From Rebecca billardiae RCC1528 (lineage: Eukaryota; Protista; Haptophyta): a stretch of 64,000 nt of DNA. The notes below the pieces were generated by a model. The model was given only the letters and a program-made list of their open reading frames with translations. It was not told the origin of the DNA and searched no databases. Below are positions 10,256 through 19,682 of the stretch, one piece after another (position 1 is the first letter of the stretch; every line of letters begins with the position of its first letter). Location: contig OZ251240.1 in the NCBI GenBank assembly GCA_965240325.2, positions 558,001-622,000 of the forward strand, read 5' to 3'. A program made the position numbers and the translations under genes.

Positions 10256-10551
10256 CGATATAGATATGTCTAGCCACTCCGCCATGCCCGGCTCGTACAA
10301 GGCGTCGGGTACGAATGGACTCTGGAGCTGGATGGTCGCGGCGCGCGGCGTCGTGGAGTAGACAGACCACAATGATCAATCATGGAACGATCAGGTTAGC
10401 TATGATGTTGGGATTTGAGCAACGAACGACAGCGGGCGCTGGCAGCGGCGTGGCGGTTGAGCTGCTGCCCGAGGTCGAGAGGGCGCCCGCGAGTCCCGTT
10501 TATAAGTTGGAGCGGGCGTCCAAGTAGTCGTTGATGTCCCTATAACGCCAC

Positions 10552-10648
<97 letters not shown>

Positions 10649-10793
10649 GTACTATATGATGTACTGACCGATCTGCGATCGATGAGTCATCAGCAGTCCG
10701 ATCAGTGACGAGTGAGTATCCGATCACGACGGACCGGGACGGAGCTAGTCGTATATATATATATATATATATAGTTATTATATATATATATAT
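10552..10793. repeat. (TA)n microsatellite cluster (main tract 10552-10647, shorter tracts near 10752-10793)
   Basis: Directly visible dinucleotide runs between convergent genes. Confidence 0.95.
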
Positions 10794-10858
10794 TACTATT
10801 AGGCAGTATAGACGCGATATATCACTATATACTACTAGATCGTCGTCATCATCATTAT

Positions 10859-12520
10859 TCATGCAGACAAGTGATCGAGACATGCAGCAGCCTCAGCAGC
10901 AGGGCCAGCAGCAGCCGCAGGCGCAGCGGCTGCAGCAGAAGCTTCACCTGCTGTCTCAGCGCACCACGCGTTGCAGTGGGGCTTGTGCACCTTCCACGAG
11001 CTGCGCAGGTGCTCACGCGAGCAGAAGACAGCCACGTGGCACCGTTCGCACTTCTTCAGACCACTGCCTGTGCGTCCGCAGGCGATGCAGCACTGGGAGA
11101 CCACCTCACGCTCTCCAGCGAAGCCAGCCAACAGATTGCACGCTGGATCTCTGAGGTTGGGATCGAGCTCATGGCCTCGGCGCAACAGCCGCATGCCCTC
11201 CTCCACGTCAGCACGCTCCACTCCCACACCTTTCATCGTCATCCGTCCCAGCCAGATGTGTGCAGGTGCGCACCCGCCATCCGCAGCCAAACTGAACCAG
11301 TGTGCCGCTTCGCTGACATTGCTCGACACTCCCTCTCCTTGAACATAGCACATGCCCAGATCGTTCTGCGCTTGAGCACAGCCCTGCTCTGCAGCCAGCC
11401 GGTACCAGCGCACTGCCTCGCTCCGATCCTGCTGCACACCATCGCCACGCGCATAGCAACCGCCCAGATTGAACTGGGCTTCAACAACTCCCTGGTCGGC
11501 CGCCAGCCGGAACCAGCGCGCTGCCTCGCCCACATCCTGCTGCACACCCTTGCCTTGCGCGTAGCACGCGCCCAGATGACACGGCGCCTCAGCAATGCCC
11601 TGCTCTGTCGCCAGCCGGAACCAGCGCGCTGCCTCGCCCCAGTCCTGCTGCACACCCTGGCCTTGCTCGTAGCACAAGCCCAAGTTGTACTGCGCTCCAG
11701 CATAGCCCTGCTCGGCTGCCAGCCGGTACCAGCGCACTGCCTCGCCCCAGTCCTGCTGCACGCCCTTGCCTTGCTCGTAGCACACGCCCAGATTGTGCTG
11801 CGCATTAGCAGAGCCCTGGTCGGCAGCCAGCCGGAACCAGCGCGCCGCCTCGCCCCATTCCTGCTGCACACCATCGCCTTGCTCGTAGCACACGCCCAGA
11901 TGGCACTGTGCCGCAGCGTAACCCTGCTCGGCCGCCAGCCGGTACCAGCGCGCCGCCTCGCCCCAGTCCTGCTGCACACCCTCGCCACGCGTGTAGCACA
12001 CGCCCAGATTGTGCTGCGCGTCAGCAACGCCCTGCTCGGCCGCCAGCCGGCACCAGCGCGCTGCCTCGCCCACATCCCGCTGCACACCCTTGCCTTTCTC
12101 GTAGCACCAGCCCAGACTGTACTGCCCTTGAGCATAGCCCTGCTCAGCCGCTAACCCGTACCAGCGCACTGCCTCGCCCCAGTCCTGCTGCACGCCCTTG
12201 CCTTGCGCGTAGCACACGCCCAGATTGTGCTGCGCTACAGCATGGCCCTGCTCGGCCGCCAGCCGGTACCAGCGCGCGCCCGCCTCGAGGTCCACGGGCT
12301 GACCAAGCGTGGCTGCCACGCAGATGTCGCCCATTCTCCCCTGCGCGTCGGCAAAGCCGCGCTCAGCGGCGAGGGTGTACAGGCGAAAGGCTTCGCGCTC
12401 GTCCTGCGCGATGCCGTCGCCCTCCTCAGCCCGCTTCGCCAGAAGGAACGTCGCACGCGCGTCGCCGCGCCCCGACTTGCGCCGGAGGAGCCCGACCGCC
12501 GCGGAAGCGTTCGCCGCCAT
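10859..12520 (-). CDS. Sel1-like repeat (about 12 SLRs) protein with a C-terminal MYND zinc finger
   Basis: 36-aa repeats of the type GxAxAQxNLGxCYxQGxGVQQDWGEAARWYRLAAEQ, followed by CIACGRTGSGLKKCERCHVAVFCSREHLRSSWKVHKPHC (MYND). Intronless; ATG at 12520. Confidence 0.92.
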   Translation of the reverse strand: MAANASAAVGLLRRKSGRGDARATFLLAKRAEEGDGIAQDEREAFRLYTLAAERGFADAQGRMGDICVAATLGQPVDLEAGARWYRLAAEQGHAVAQHNLGVCYAQGKGVQQDWGEAVRWYGLAAEQGYAQGQYSLGWCYEKGKGVQRDVGEAARWCRLAAEQGVADAQHNLGVCYTRGEGVQQDWGEAARWYRLAAEQGYAAAQCHLGVCYEQGDGVQQEWGEAARWFRLAADQGSANAQHNLGVCYEQGKGVQQDWGEAVRWYRLAAEQGYAGAQYNLGLCYEQGQGVQQDWGEAARWFRLATEQGIAEAPCHLGACYAQGKGVQQDVGEAARWFRLAADQGVVEAQFNLGGCYARGDGVQQDRSEAVRWYRLAAEQGCAQAQNDLGMCYVQGEGVSSNVSEAAHWFSLAADGGCAPAHIWLGRMTMKGVGVERADVEEGMRLLRRGHELDPNLRDPACNLLAGFAGEREVVSQCCIACGRTGSGLKKCERCHVAVFCSREHLRSSWKVHKPHCNAWCAETAGEASAAAAAPAAAAGPAAEAAACLDHLSA

Positions 12521-13762
12521 AATTATGATACTGGAAACCCGCCACGAGAACAAAATAGTAAGTCATCCATCCACCGGGTCACACAATAAGCGGATCAGAA
12601 AACGCGCAAGGCAGGCCCACGCGGCCACGCCACTAATCTGGCAGCCTGGCCTATTGCCATGACAGCAGCTGTGCTGATGAACTTATAGGCTTAGCGGTGC
12701 GACGCTTGCTTGCGCCTGACCACTGACTTGATGATGCATGGGAAGTGAGGTGAGACCGGGGAGGCCCGACTCAGGTGCCTGCCCAAGCCCGCCAAAGGCG
12801 CTGGTTTGGGCTGGCCCAGCCCGGACGTTCACTGTCCGGCTCAGCCGGTGCGGCTGCAGATTAGTAAGTTACCACGAGCCTTCGGTCGTTTTCACCACAT
12901 TGTTAGCCAAGGGTCGCCCTTGCTTGACGTCTGGTTCGGTCGCGCGACGAGCGGCTCGCGTGCGGTGCCAGCGGATGAAGCGGCACGTGCGGCGGGCGCA
13001 TACGCACATGGCCGCCCTCCACGCGCGAGTGCGCGACTGCGTGTTCCACGAGCTGCAGCAGGCGGCCGCGGGCTGGTCGGCGGCCGGCGAGGTCGGCGGA
13101 GTGCCGCCCGGCCCGCGTTCTCGCTTGGGCGCGGGCCGCACTCTCACTCACAGCGCGGGGCGTGGTGCTGCAGACGGGCCATTCATTGCAGCGCGCACTC
13201 CGTGTTCAGAAGTGCACACGCGCGCGCGTCGTCAGCCCCGCCGCTGCGCCCCTGTGGCGCCCATGGCAGCGTCGGAAGCTCGGGCTACTGGCCGCGAGCC
13301 ATCATGCGTTTCAGAAACAGGTTTCCAGCCCAAGTTGACGCGCAGCGCCAACCCATATTGTATGACATCAGCGAACCACCCTCCGTCGTGAGCAAACCGA
13401 CGTCCGCCTATCTTTTCAACCGCCACGACAACTGAGCCGCTGTGAGCGCGGGGCGGCCGTTCTCTGTCTCAGCTCGGCCGAACTCCGGCGCCTCGATGAT
13501 AAGGTGCGGCAACGCGCCCCTCATCTGCCTGACCGTGTTTTGTGGCGGTGTCTTTGTGCAGTGTTGGATGATGGCGTCAATCACGCCTTAATCAATCATA
13601 TAGCAGTAAATTCTGTACGGTAGTAGTAAGCTACTCCGAGTGAGTGAACTGTCGTACAGCACATTGACTACGTTATAGTCCGTATAGTTATTCAGTAATC
13701 AAGAATTAATACTCGGACGACACGGACCGACTCGGACAGACGAGTAATAGGCTACAGTGGCT

Positions 13763-16189
13763 CCGGCTTCGGTCCCCCCCCCCCCAGTCCGGTCACTGGA
13801 GCGTTACATCTTGACACTGCAATCGGCGGGATGTCGGATGACGCTGCCTCTGATGATCTACACTAGCTCAGACTAGACCACCCCCGAGGCGGTCCTTTGG
13901 TCTTGCGGACGATATTACGGCCGCAGATATGGATCATCAGCCCGACCTCCAATATTAGGTTCAGACTCGTCTATATTTTGGCGCACGCCCCCCCCCCGAA
14001 AGGTCTGAGCGTGAGCGAAAGCCGGGGGGGGGCGGCGCACGTGCTCCGCAAAATCAAAAAGAGGATGCGCGCAGGATTTTGGGGATTTTTCGGTAGGTGG
14101 CCACCGCGTATGAGTGGATATCGCTGCCGCAATGATTGCGTTTGTAGTAGATGCTAATTTTAACGATAGTAACACTTAGGGGAATGCAGGGTGGAATAGC
14201 ACATAACACCAGCCGTGTGTTAGAACATTCCGTCATAGTAAGATGCCTGAATTGTAAGAGCCTGAAACAGCTCGCCAACCATAGAAACGATAGGTTGGGT
14301 CGTCAGCTTTGATTCACGCGCTTCTGAAAAACAGCGTTTTCGATTAGACGCATCCCTCTTCTCTTCAGAGAACTGCGCTTCAAAAACACCGTTTCAACGA
14401 AAGACGATCGCCCGCCATTCAACTGAAACGAGATTCTGCATAAAGCGAACCAAAGATGTTATTGCGCGGGTAGTCCGAACCGACGTTCCCGCGCGCTCTC
14501 ATATCATACAGCTATCGAGCTACTGACTTGCTCATGCGGGTGGGATTCGACATCTCTATCTGCGAGGATTAACAGCTCTCTGAAAACGATTGTGTCCTGG
14601 ACAACTTGAAAGGGCAGCGATCGGCTTTGATTCTGCCTATTGTAGGGAAAGTTTTATGGTACGAGTTAACGAACCGTCACTTCTGGGCTCTGGTCGCGAA
14701 CAGTCGCCAACTGCCGGCACTACGTGCGCGATCGCGTGGGGCGATCGCGTGGGGCGCGATCCGGCGTGCAGCGGAAGCGCCCGAAGCGGAGGCGTCGGGG
14801 GCGGCGGCTGAAGGGAGCGAGGGCGGTGGTGGCGGCACCGAGGACGAGGGAGGCGCGCCGAACGGCATGTCCGTCCTCACCCTCGCCATCGGCGGCCGCC
14901 CGCGCGTCACCGCCGCCGGCTCTCAGCCGACGACAACGCCCGCGAGTGCCGCCCACGGCGCGCGGCGGGCGCGTCACGGCAGGCGGCGGGGGCGGCGACT
15001 GCAGGGAGCGAGGGCGATGGTGGCGGCGCAGTCGAGGGAGGTGCGCCATCCGGACAGCGCGGCGGCGCGGCGCGCGGCCGAGCGCGGGAGCCTGGGCGGC
15101 GGCGGGCGCGCGGCGGGGCATGTGCTCAGTGCTGCCCGAGAGGCTGGCGCACTCGCCCAGCGCCGCCGCGCACACCGCCGCCGACCTCGCGCGCACGACC
15201 TCCGTCAACTCCTCCGTCAGCGGCGGAGAGCGCGTCGCCTCGCCGCCCACGCTGCCGCCCAGCCGGTTCGTCATCCGAGCGCTCGCCGGGCGCGCGCGGC
15301 GTGACGCGCCGGGCCGCGGTCGCCGCCTACTAACTAAGTGGTGGGACCGCCGCTGGGGGGCGGGGCGGGCGGAGGAGATGGCGGTGGCGAAGGAGGACGC
15401 GGTGGTGGACGTGGACGTCACGCAGTCCGGGCTGCACTGGCTCATCCACCTCCTCTCTGCACTCGACCCACCGCCGTCACCGACGGCGCAGCAGCTGGCG
15501 GCGGCGCGACGGATCGGGTGGCGGGCGCGGCCTCGGCCGAGGCGGGCGCGCGCCGCGCGCGCCGCTGCGGCGGCGTGGAGCGGCGGGAGCTGAGCGGCGC
15601 GCTGCTGCACACGCAGTCACGCTGCGCACGTGCTGCAGACGCTGTACGAGCGCGCCACCGCCGACGCCGCTGCAGACGCTGTACGAGTACGAGCGCGCCA
15701 CCGCCGACGCCGTCGCGCCGCCGCTGCCCCCGCCGCACCGGCACCGTCCGACCGTCCGACCGTGTCGTCACAAGCCGCGGCTGCTGCTCACATTCACAAG
15801 CTCACTAGCTGCGTGATGGTGACTAGCCACTAGGGCCGTGCGCCCTCAACTTCGTTGTTCACTACCCGAAGATCGGCGTAGCCGATCATCTATATATATA
15901 ACTAAATACCCAGTCCAGGTAACAACACATATATGTATACAGGTGTCCGGAACCGGCTCCCGGGCTGTGCTGAAATCTGAGTATACGGGGCGGGTAATTA
16001 TATATATAGTAAAATAGAGTCTGAATAACCTATTGGGAGGTGGGATCGGATGCGACATTTCTCGTTGAAGTCATCAATCGGGGGTCGGAACCGGGGACTC
16101 TTACAGCTGCATGGTCCGCTTGGTTGACTTCGGCTGCTCGGGGCCAGCAAGACGTAATAACGGAGCTGGGGGGGGTGGACCGGAGCCGG
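13763..16189. mobile_element. Old degenerate foldback/MITE, interrupted by a younger insertion. Left arm 13763-13979 plus 15890-15911; right arm about 15992-16189
   Basis: CCGGCTTCGGTCCCCCCCCCCCCAGTCC matches the reverse complement of GGAGCTGGGGGGGGTGGACCGGAGCCGG. CCCGACCTCCAATATTAGGTTCAGACTC..TATTTT matches the reverse complement of AAAATAGAGTCTGAATAACCTATTGGGAGGTGGG. Confidence 0.6.
13980..15888 (+). mobile_element. Non-autonomous Helitron2/Helentron-like element, copy 1 (1909 bp)
   Basis: About 310 bp of 5' end and about 60 bp of 3' end are shared with 52188-54275. Asymmetric inverted repeat GGCGCACG / CGTGCGCC, 5' poly-C/poly-G hairpin, 3' hairpin GATCGGC-GTA-GCCGATC, and a T|T insertion site. 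Confidence 0.75.
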
Positions 16190-16451
16190 TCGCCGGACGG
16201 CCCGGCCGCGGTCGTTGGCTTAGACGGCCGAGCATTAGTGTTTCAGTGAGACGTGCGTAGCGGGCTCACGGTGGCAGGTTGCCGTGCCATCCTTCATCGT
16301 ACGCTCTCCGAAGAGAGACCTGGAGACTGGTTTGAACCCATGACCTCGGTACGCATCATATACAATAGCGGTTAAGCAATCAACCGCAGATTGTCAGTTG
16401 CCAAGTCCGCGCCGAGTTGCCCGTTAGATTGAGTGCACGAATACGGGCGCG

Positions 16452-17318
16452 CTACTTCTTCCCCTTGCCACCCTTCTTGTCATCCTTCGCCACGGGCGTG
16501 AACTTGAGGACGAAGATGTCGTTGTCGATGACCGACGCTCCTGCGATTGCGGAGCGGGCGCGGGCGCGCCGGTCAGTGGGCGCTGGCTGGCCCCGAGTAT
16601 AGTGTGTGCGAGCGCCAGGCGCAGCGACCTCGCGCGCGTGGCCCCCCCGCGCCCCCGCCGTCCCAGCCGCCGCCGCTCCGCACCCCTGCCACCATCGATT
16701 GACGCGCGCGCCAACGCGCTCGGCGCGCCCACCGATGGGCTGGTCGTCCTCGAGCAGAGGCAGCTTGCCCGGAACGAGGGTGGGTGTAAGCGGGGAGAAG
16801 CACATGCGCGCAGCGTCCACGTTCGAGGCGGCGAGGCCGGGCATCAGCTTGTACTCGACGAGGATCTGCTTGATCTGCTTGGGCGTGGTCTCCTGCGTCA
16901 CGCCCTCCAGCCCGACCGAGGTGCCGTCCAGCGCCTGGATGCGTATGCGGTTGAGCGGCTGCTCGGCAGCGATCAGCTCGAGCGTCGAGAACGGCCGCGC
17001 CTTCACAAACACGTCGATGCGCGAGCCGTCGGAGACGCGATAGTGGCGGAAGTCGTGGCCGTTTTCGAGCACCGCGTCCCACCAGCGGAGCACCACCTCC
17101 TTGCGCGGCGAGATCGCGAAGTGGTCCACCACCATCTCCCTGAACTCATCGATGCTCAGCTCTGGGCCCACGTCAAAACGGACCGGCTCGGCGGAGGCGA
17201 GCCTGGTCTCGCCGTCCTCCGAGCGCGCAGCAACGGCGCGGCTCTGCAGCTGCACGTTGACGTACGTCAGGTGCACCTCGCGGGGCGCCGCGCGCGTCGC
17301 GCCCCACGTCGCGGTCAT
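16452..17318 (-). CDS. Protein with two ubiquitin-like (beta-grasp) domains and a basic tail; probable intron 16541-16732
   Basis: UBL-like signatures SIDEFREMV..VLRWWDAVLENGHDFRHYRVSDGSRIDV and TTPKQIKQIL..LLEDDQPIG|ASVIDNDIFVL. The 192-nt GT..CAG segment is GC-rich and low-complexity, like the other introns. Confidence 0.7.
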   Translation of the reverse strand: MTATWGATRAAPREVHLTYVNVQLQSRAVAARSEDGETRLASAEPVRFDVGPELSIDEFREMVVDHFAISPRKEVVLRWWDAVLENGHDFRHYRVSDGSRIDVFVKARPFSTLELIAAEQPLNRIRIQALDGTSVGLEGVTQETTPKQIKQILVEYKLMPGLAASNVDAARMCFSPLTPTLVPGKLPLLEDDQPIGGRAERVGARVNRWWQGCGAAAAGTAGARGGHAREVAAPGARTHYTRGQPAPTDRRARARSAIAGASVIDNDIFVLKFTPVAKDDKKGGKGKK

Positions 17319-17480
17319 GCGCGCGGCCCAGGTGGCCGTGAGCGCCCGGCGGGCGGAGTACGGTAGTCAACGAACTCGGCCGCGAGATACCGTAACCGCC
17401 GAAACGACATACAGTATGGCTCGCTGTTCATGACCGTCCAACCACCGCCTCGCTGGCTCGCCGGCGGCCCATCCCAAATC

Positions 17481-19361
17481 ATGCGCGCCGCGCGCGCCGT
17501 GGGCACGCTCGCGCTCGCGTGCGCCTCCGCGCGCGCCGCGCCGCCGCCACACATCGTCTTCATCCTCGCGGACGACTGGGGCTCGGCCGACGCCTCGTAC
17601 CGCATGCGCGACCTCGGCCGCACGCCGCAGTTCGAGACGCCCGCCATCGACCGGCTCGCGGCCGAGGGCCGCGTGCTCGCCGACTACTACGTGCAGCCGA
17701 TCTGCTCGCCGACGCGCTCGACGCTGCTCTCCGGGCGGTACCAGATCCACACGGGGCTGCAGCACGACATCATCCAGAACGGGCAGGACAACGCCGTCGA
17801 CCCGTCGGGCTCGATGGTGCTGCTGCCCGAGGCTCTGCGCGCGCTCGGGTACGGCACGCACATGGTGGGCAAGTGGCACGTGGGCTACGCGCGCGAGGAG
17901 TACTGCCCATGGCGGCGCGGGTTCGACACGTTCCTCGGCTTCCTCTCCGGCTCGGAAGACCACTACACCCACTGCTCCGGCCGCTTCCTCGACTTCTACA
18001 ACGGCAGCACGCCCGATGGCCGGCCGTACCCGGATGCGGCGCCGCGCGGCTGCCCGGGCTGGCCGCGGCGCGCGCGCGGCTCGGACGTGTGTCCCGACGC
18101 GCGCGCGGGCGAGGAGGCGGCCGACGCCGCCTGCGCACCGCCGCGCGCGCCACCCAAGCCGGCCGCGTGCGAGGGCAACTACTCGGCCCACCTCTTCACC
18201 GCCGAGGCTGCGCGGCTCATCCGGCGGCATGCGGCGCGCGCTGCGGAGGCGGCGGGTGCGGCGCACGAGGTGGAGGCGGCTGGGGCGGGCGCGACGCCGC
18301 CGCCGCCGATGCCGCCCTTCTTCCTCTACCTCGCGCACCAGGCGGTGCACTGGCCGATGCAGGCGCCGCCCTCGCTCCTCGCGCGCGCGGCGCACATCGC
18401 CGACCCGTGGCGCCGGCAGTACGCCGCGATGGCGCTCGCGCTCGACGACTCGGTGGCGGCGGTGCACGCCGCGCTCGAGGCCGCCGGGATGTGGGAGCGC
18501 ACGCTGCTCGTGCTCTCGTCGGACAACGGCGGGATGAGCCACGGGTACAACGGCGCGGGCTCCTCGTGCGGCGGCCTCAACTGGCCGTACCGCGGGTGGA
18601 AGGACTCGCTGTGGGAGGGCGGCGTGCGCGCGATCGGCATCGCGCGCCTGCCGCCGCAGCTGCTCGCGGGCTCGGCGCAAGCGGACGGCGCCGAGCCGCC
18701 GCGTGCGCGCGCGCCGAGCGACGCGCTGCGCGGCCTGTTCCACGTGTCCGACTGGCTGCCGACGCTCGTCTCGGCCGCGGGCGGCGACGGCGCGCGCCTC
18801 GGCCCCCTCGACGGCCTCAACCAGCTGCGCTTCCTGCAGCGTGGGCGGCACAGCGCGCGCAAGGAGGTGCTGCTCAACATCGACCCGCTCTCGAGGCGCG
18901 CCGCGCTGCGCGTGGGCACGTGGAAGGTGGTGCTGGAGAGCGGCGGCCGGCTGAAGCGCGGGTGGTGCGAGCTGAACGCCACGTCGGGCGGGATCGACGT
19001 GCCCTGCCCACAGGCGCCCGCGCCGCTCGCCGCCCCCGCCGCCCCCGCCGCCGCGGCCGAGCTCGCGCGCGAGCTCGGCTGGGGCGGCTGGGGCGTGCCG
19101 CAGCTGTTTGAGCTGGGGGCAGACCCGCGAGAGCTGACGGACGTCGCGGAGCGGCGGCGGAGCAAGCTCAAGCGGCTGCTCGCGCGGCTGACGGAGCTCA
19201 ATGCCACGGCCGTACCGTGCAGGTACCCGCCCAAGGACCCCGCGTGGGACCCGAGCAAGACAGGCGACACGCTTGCGCCCTTCCTGCCAGACCGCCCGGC
19301 CCGTCTGCCGGCATCCACCGCCGGGCTGCTTGGCCTCGTACGCCTCGTTGACTCGGCCTGA
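17481..19361 (+). CDS. Arylsulfatase B-like formylglycine-dependent sulfatase, secreted
   Basis: Signal peptide; PHIVFILADDWG; CSPTRSTLLSGRY (CxPxR); MVGKWHVG; SSDNGG; NWPYRGWKDSLWEGGVR; HVSDWLPTL. Confidence 0.95.
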   Translation: MRAARAVGTLALACASARAAPPPHIVFILADDWGSADASYRMRDLGRTPQFETPAIDRLAAEGRVLADYYVQPICSPTRSTLLSGRYQIHTGLQHDIIQNGQDNAVDPSGSMVLLPEALRALGYGTHMVGKWHVGYAREEYCPWRRGFDTFLGFLSGSEDHYTHCSGRFLDFYNGSTPDGRPYPDAAPRGCPGWPRRARGSDVCPDARAGEEAADAACAPPRAPPKPAACEGNYSAHLFTAEAARLIRRHAARAAEAAGAAHEVEAAGAGATPPPPMPPFFLYLAHQAVHWPMQAPPSLLARAAHIADPWRRQYAAMALALDDSVAAVHAALEAAGMWERTLLVLSSDNGGMSHGYNGAGSSCGGLNWPYRGWKDSLWEGGVRAIGIARLPPQLLAGSAQADGAEPPRARAPSDALRGLFHVSDWLPTLVSAAGGDGARLGPLDGLNQLRFLQRGRHSARKEVLLNIDPLSRRAALRVGTWKVVLESGGRLKRGWCELNATSGGIDVPCPQAPAPLAAPAAPAAAAELARELGWGGWGVPQLFELGADPRELTDVAERRRSKLKRLLARLTELNATAVPCRYPPKDPAWDPSKTGDTLAPFLPDRPARLPASTAGLLGLVRLVDSA

Positions 19362-19402
19362 GTCGGCCTCGCCCTCAGCGCGGCGCCAAGACTACGTACG
19401 AC

Positions 19403-19422
19403 TATATATATATATATATATA
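19403..19422. repeat. (TA)n microsatellite
   Basis: Visible TA run between convergent genes. Confidence 0.9.
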
Positions 19423-19682
19423 CGAGTCTCAGTCGGCTCAGTCTGCTGACGACGACGAGTAGCGACGCTAGTGATCCTGATCGATCTATAGCAGCAGATA
19501 TAGATTGATGCCACTGCATGACATGCATCTGAATAGGGCCTGATGAAGCAACGCGACCGCCGCGGTCCGTTCCGACGATTGAGCCGCCACGCCGCCGCGG
19601 GAGCCCACTCAGCCCTGCTTCGCCTTCGTCCAGGCCTCGGCCTCGTCACGGCCGGCCGCCGCGCGCCGGCCGTCGCCGTGCG

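Noticed and set aside
10500-11154. ORFs containing (IY)n runs
   Set aside because: They are translations of TA microsatellites.
12674-12727. TGATGA...CTGA boxes suggesting a C/D snoRNA, or CTGATGA suggesting a hammerhead core
   Set aside because: Too short, with no terminal stem and no matching GAAA/stem architecture.
12600-13600. Several medium ORFs upstream of the Sel1 gene
   Set aside because: No recognisable motifs or consistent codon bias. Possibly decayed TE or pseudogene sequence, but not supportable.
13970-15895. TCTATAT on both sides of Helitron-like copy 1 as a possible TSD
   Set aside because: It does not abut the left boundary, has no equivalent at copy 2, and is explained by the TA-rich host arm.
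16325-16350. Minus-strand GAGGTCATGGGTTCAAACC resembling a tRNA T-arm/B-box
   Set aside because: The T-stem does not pair and no cloverleaf or A-box could be built. At most a SINE-like relic.
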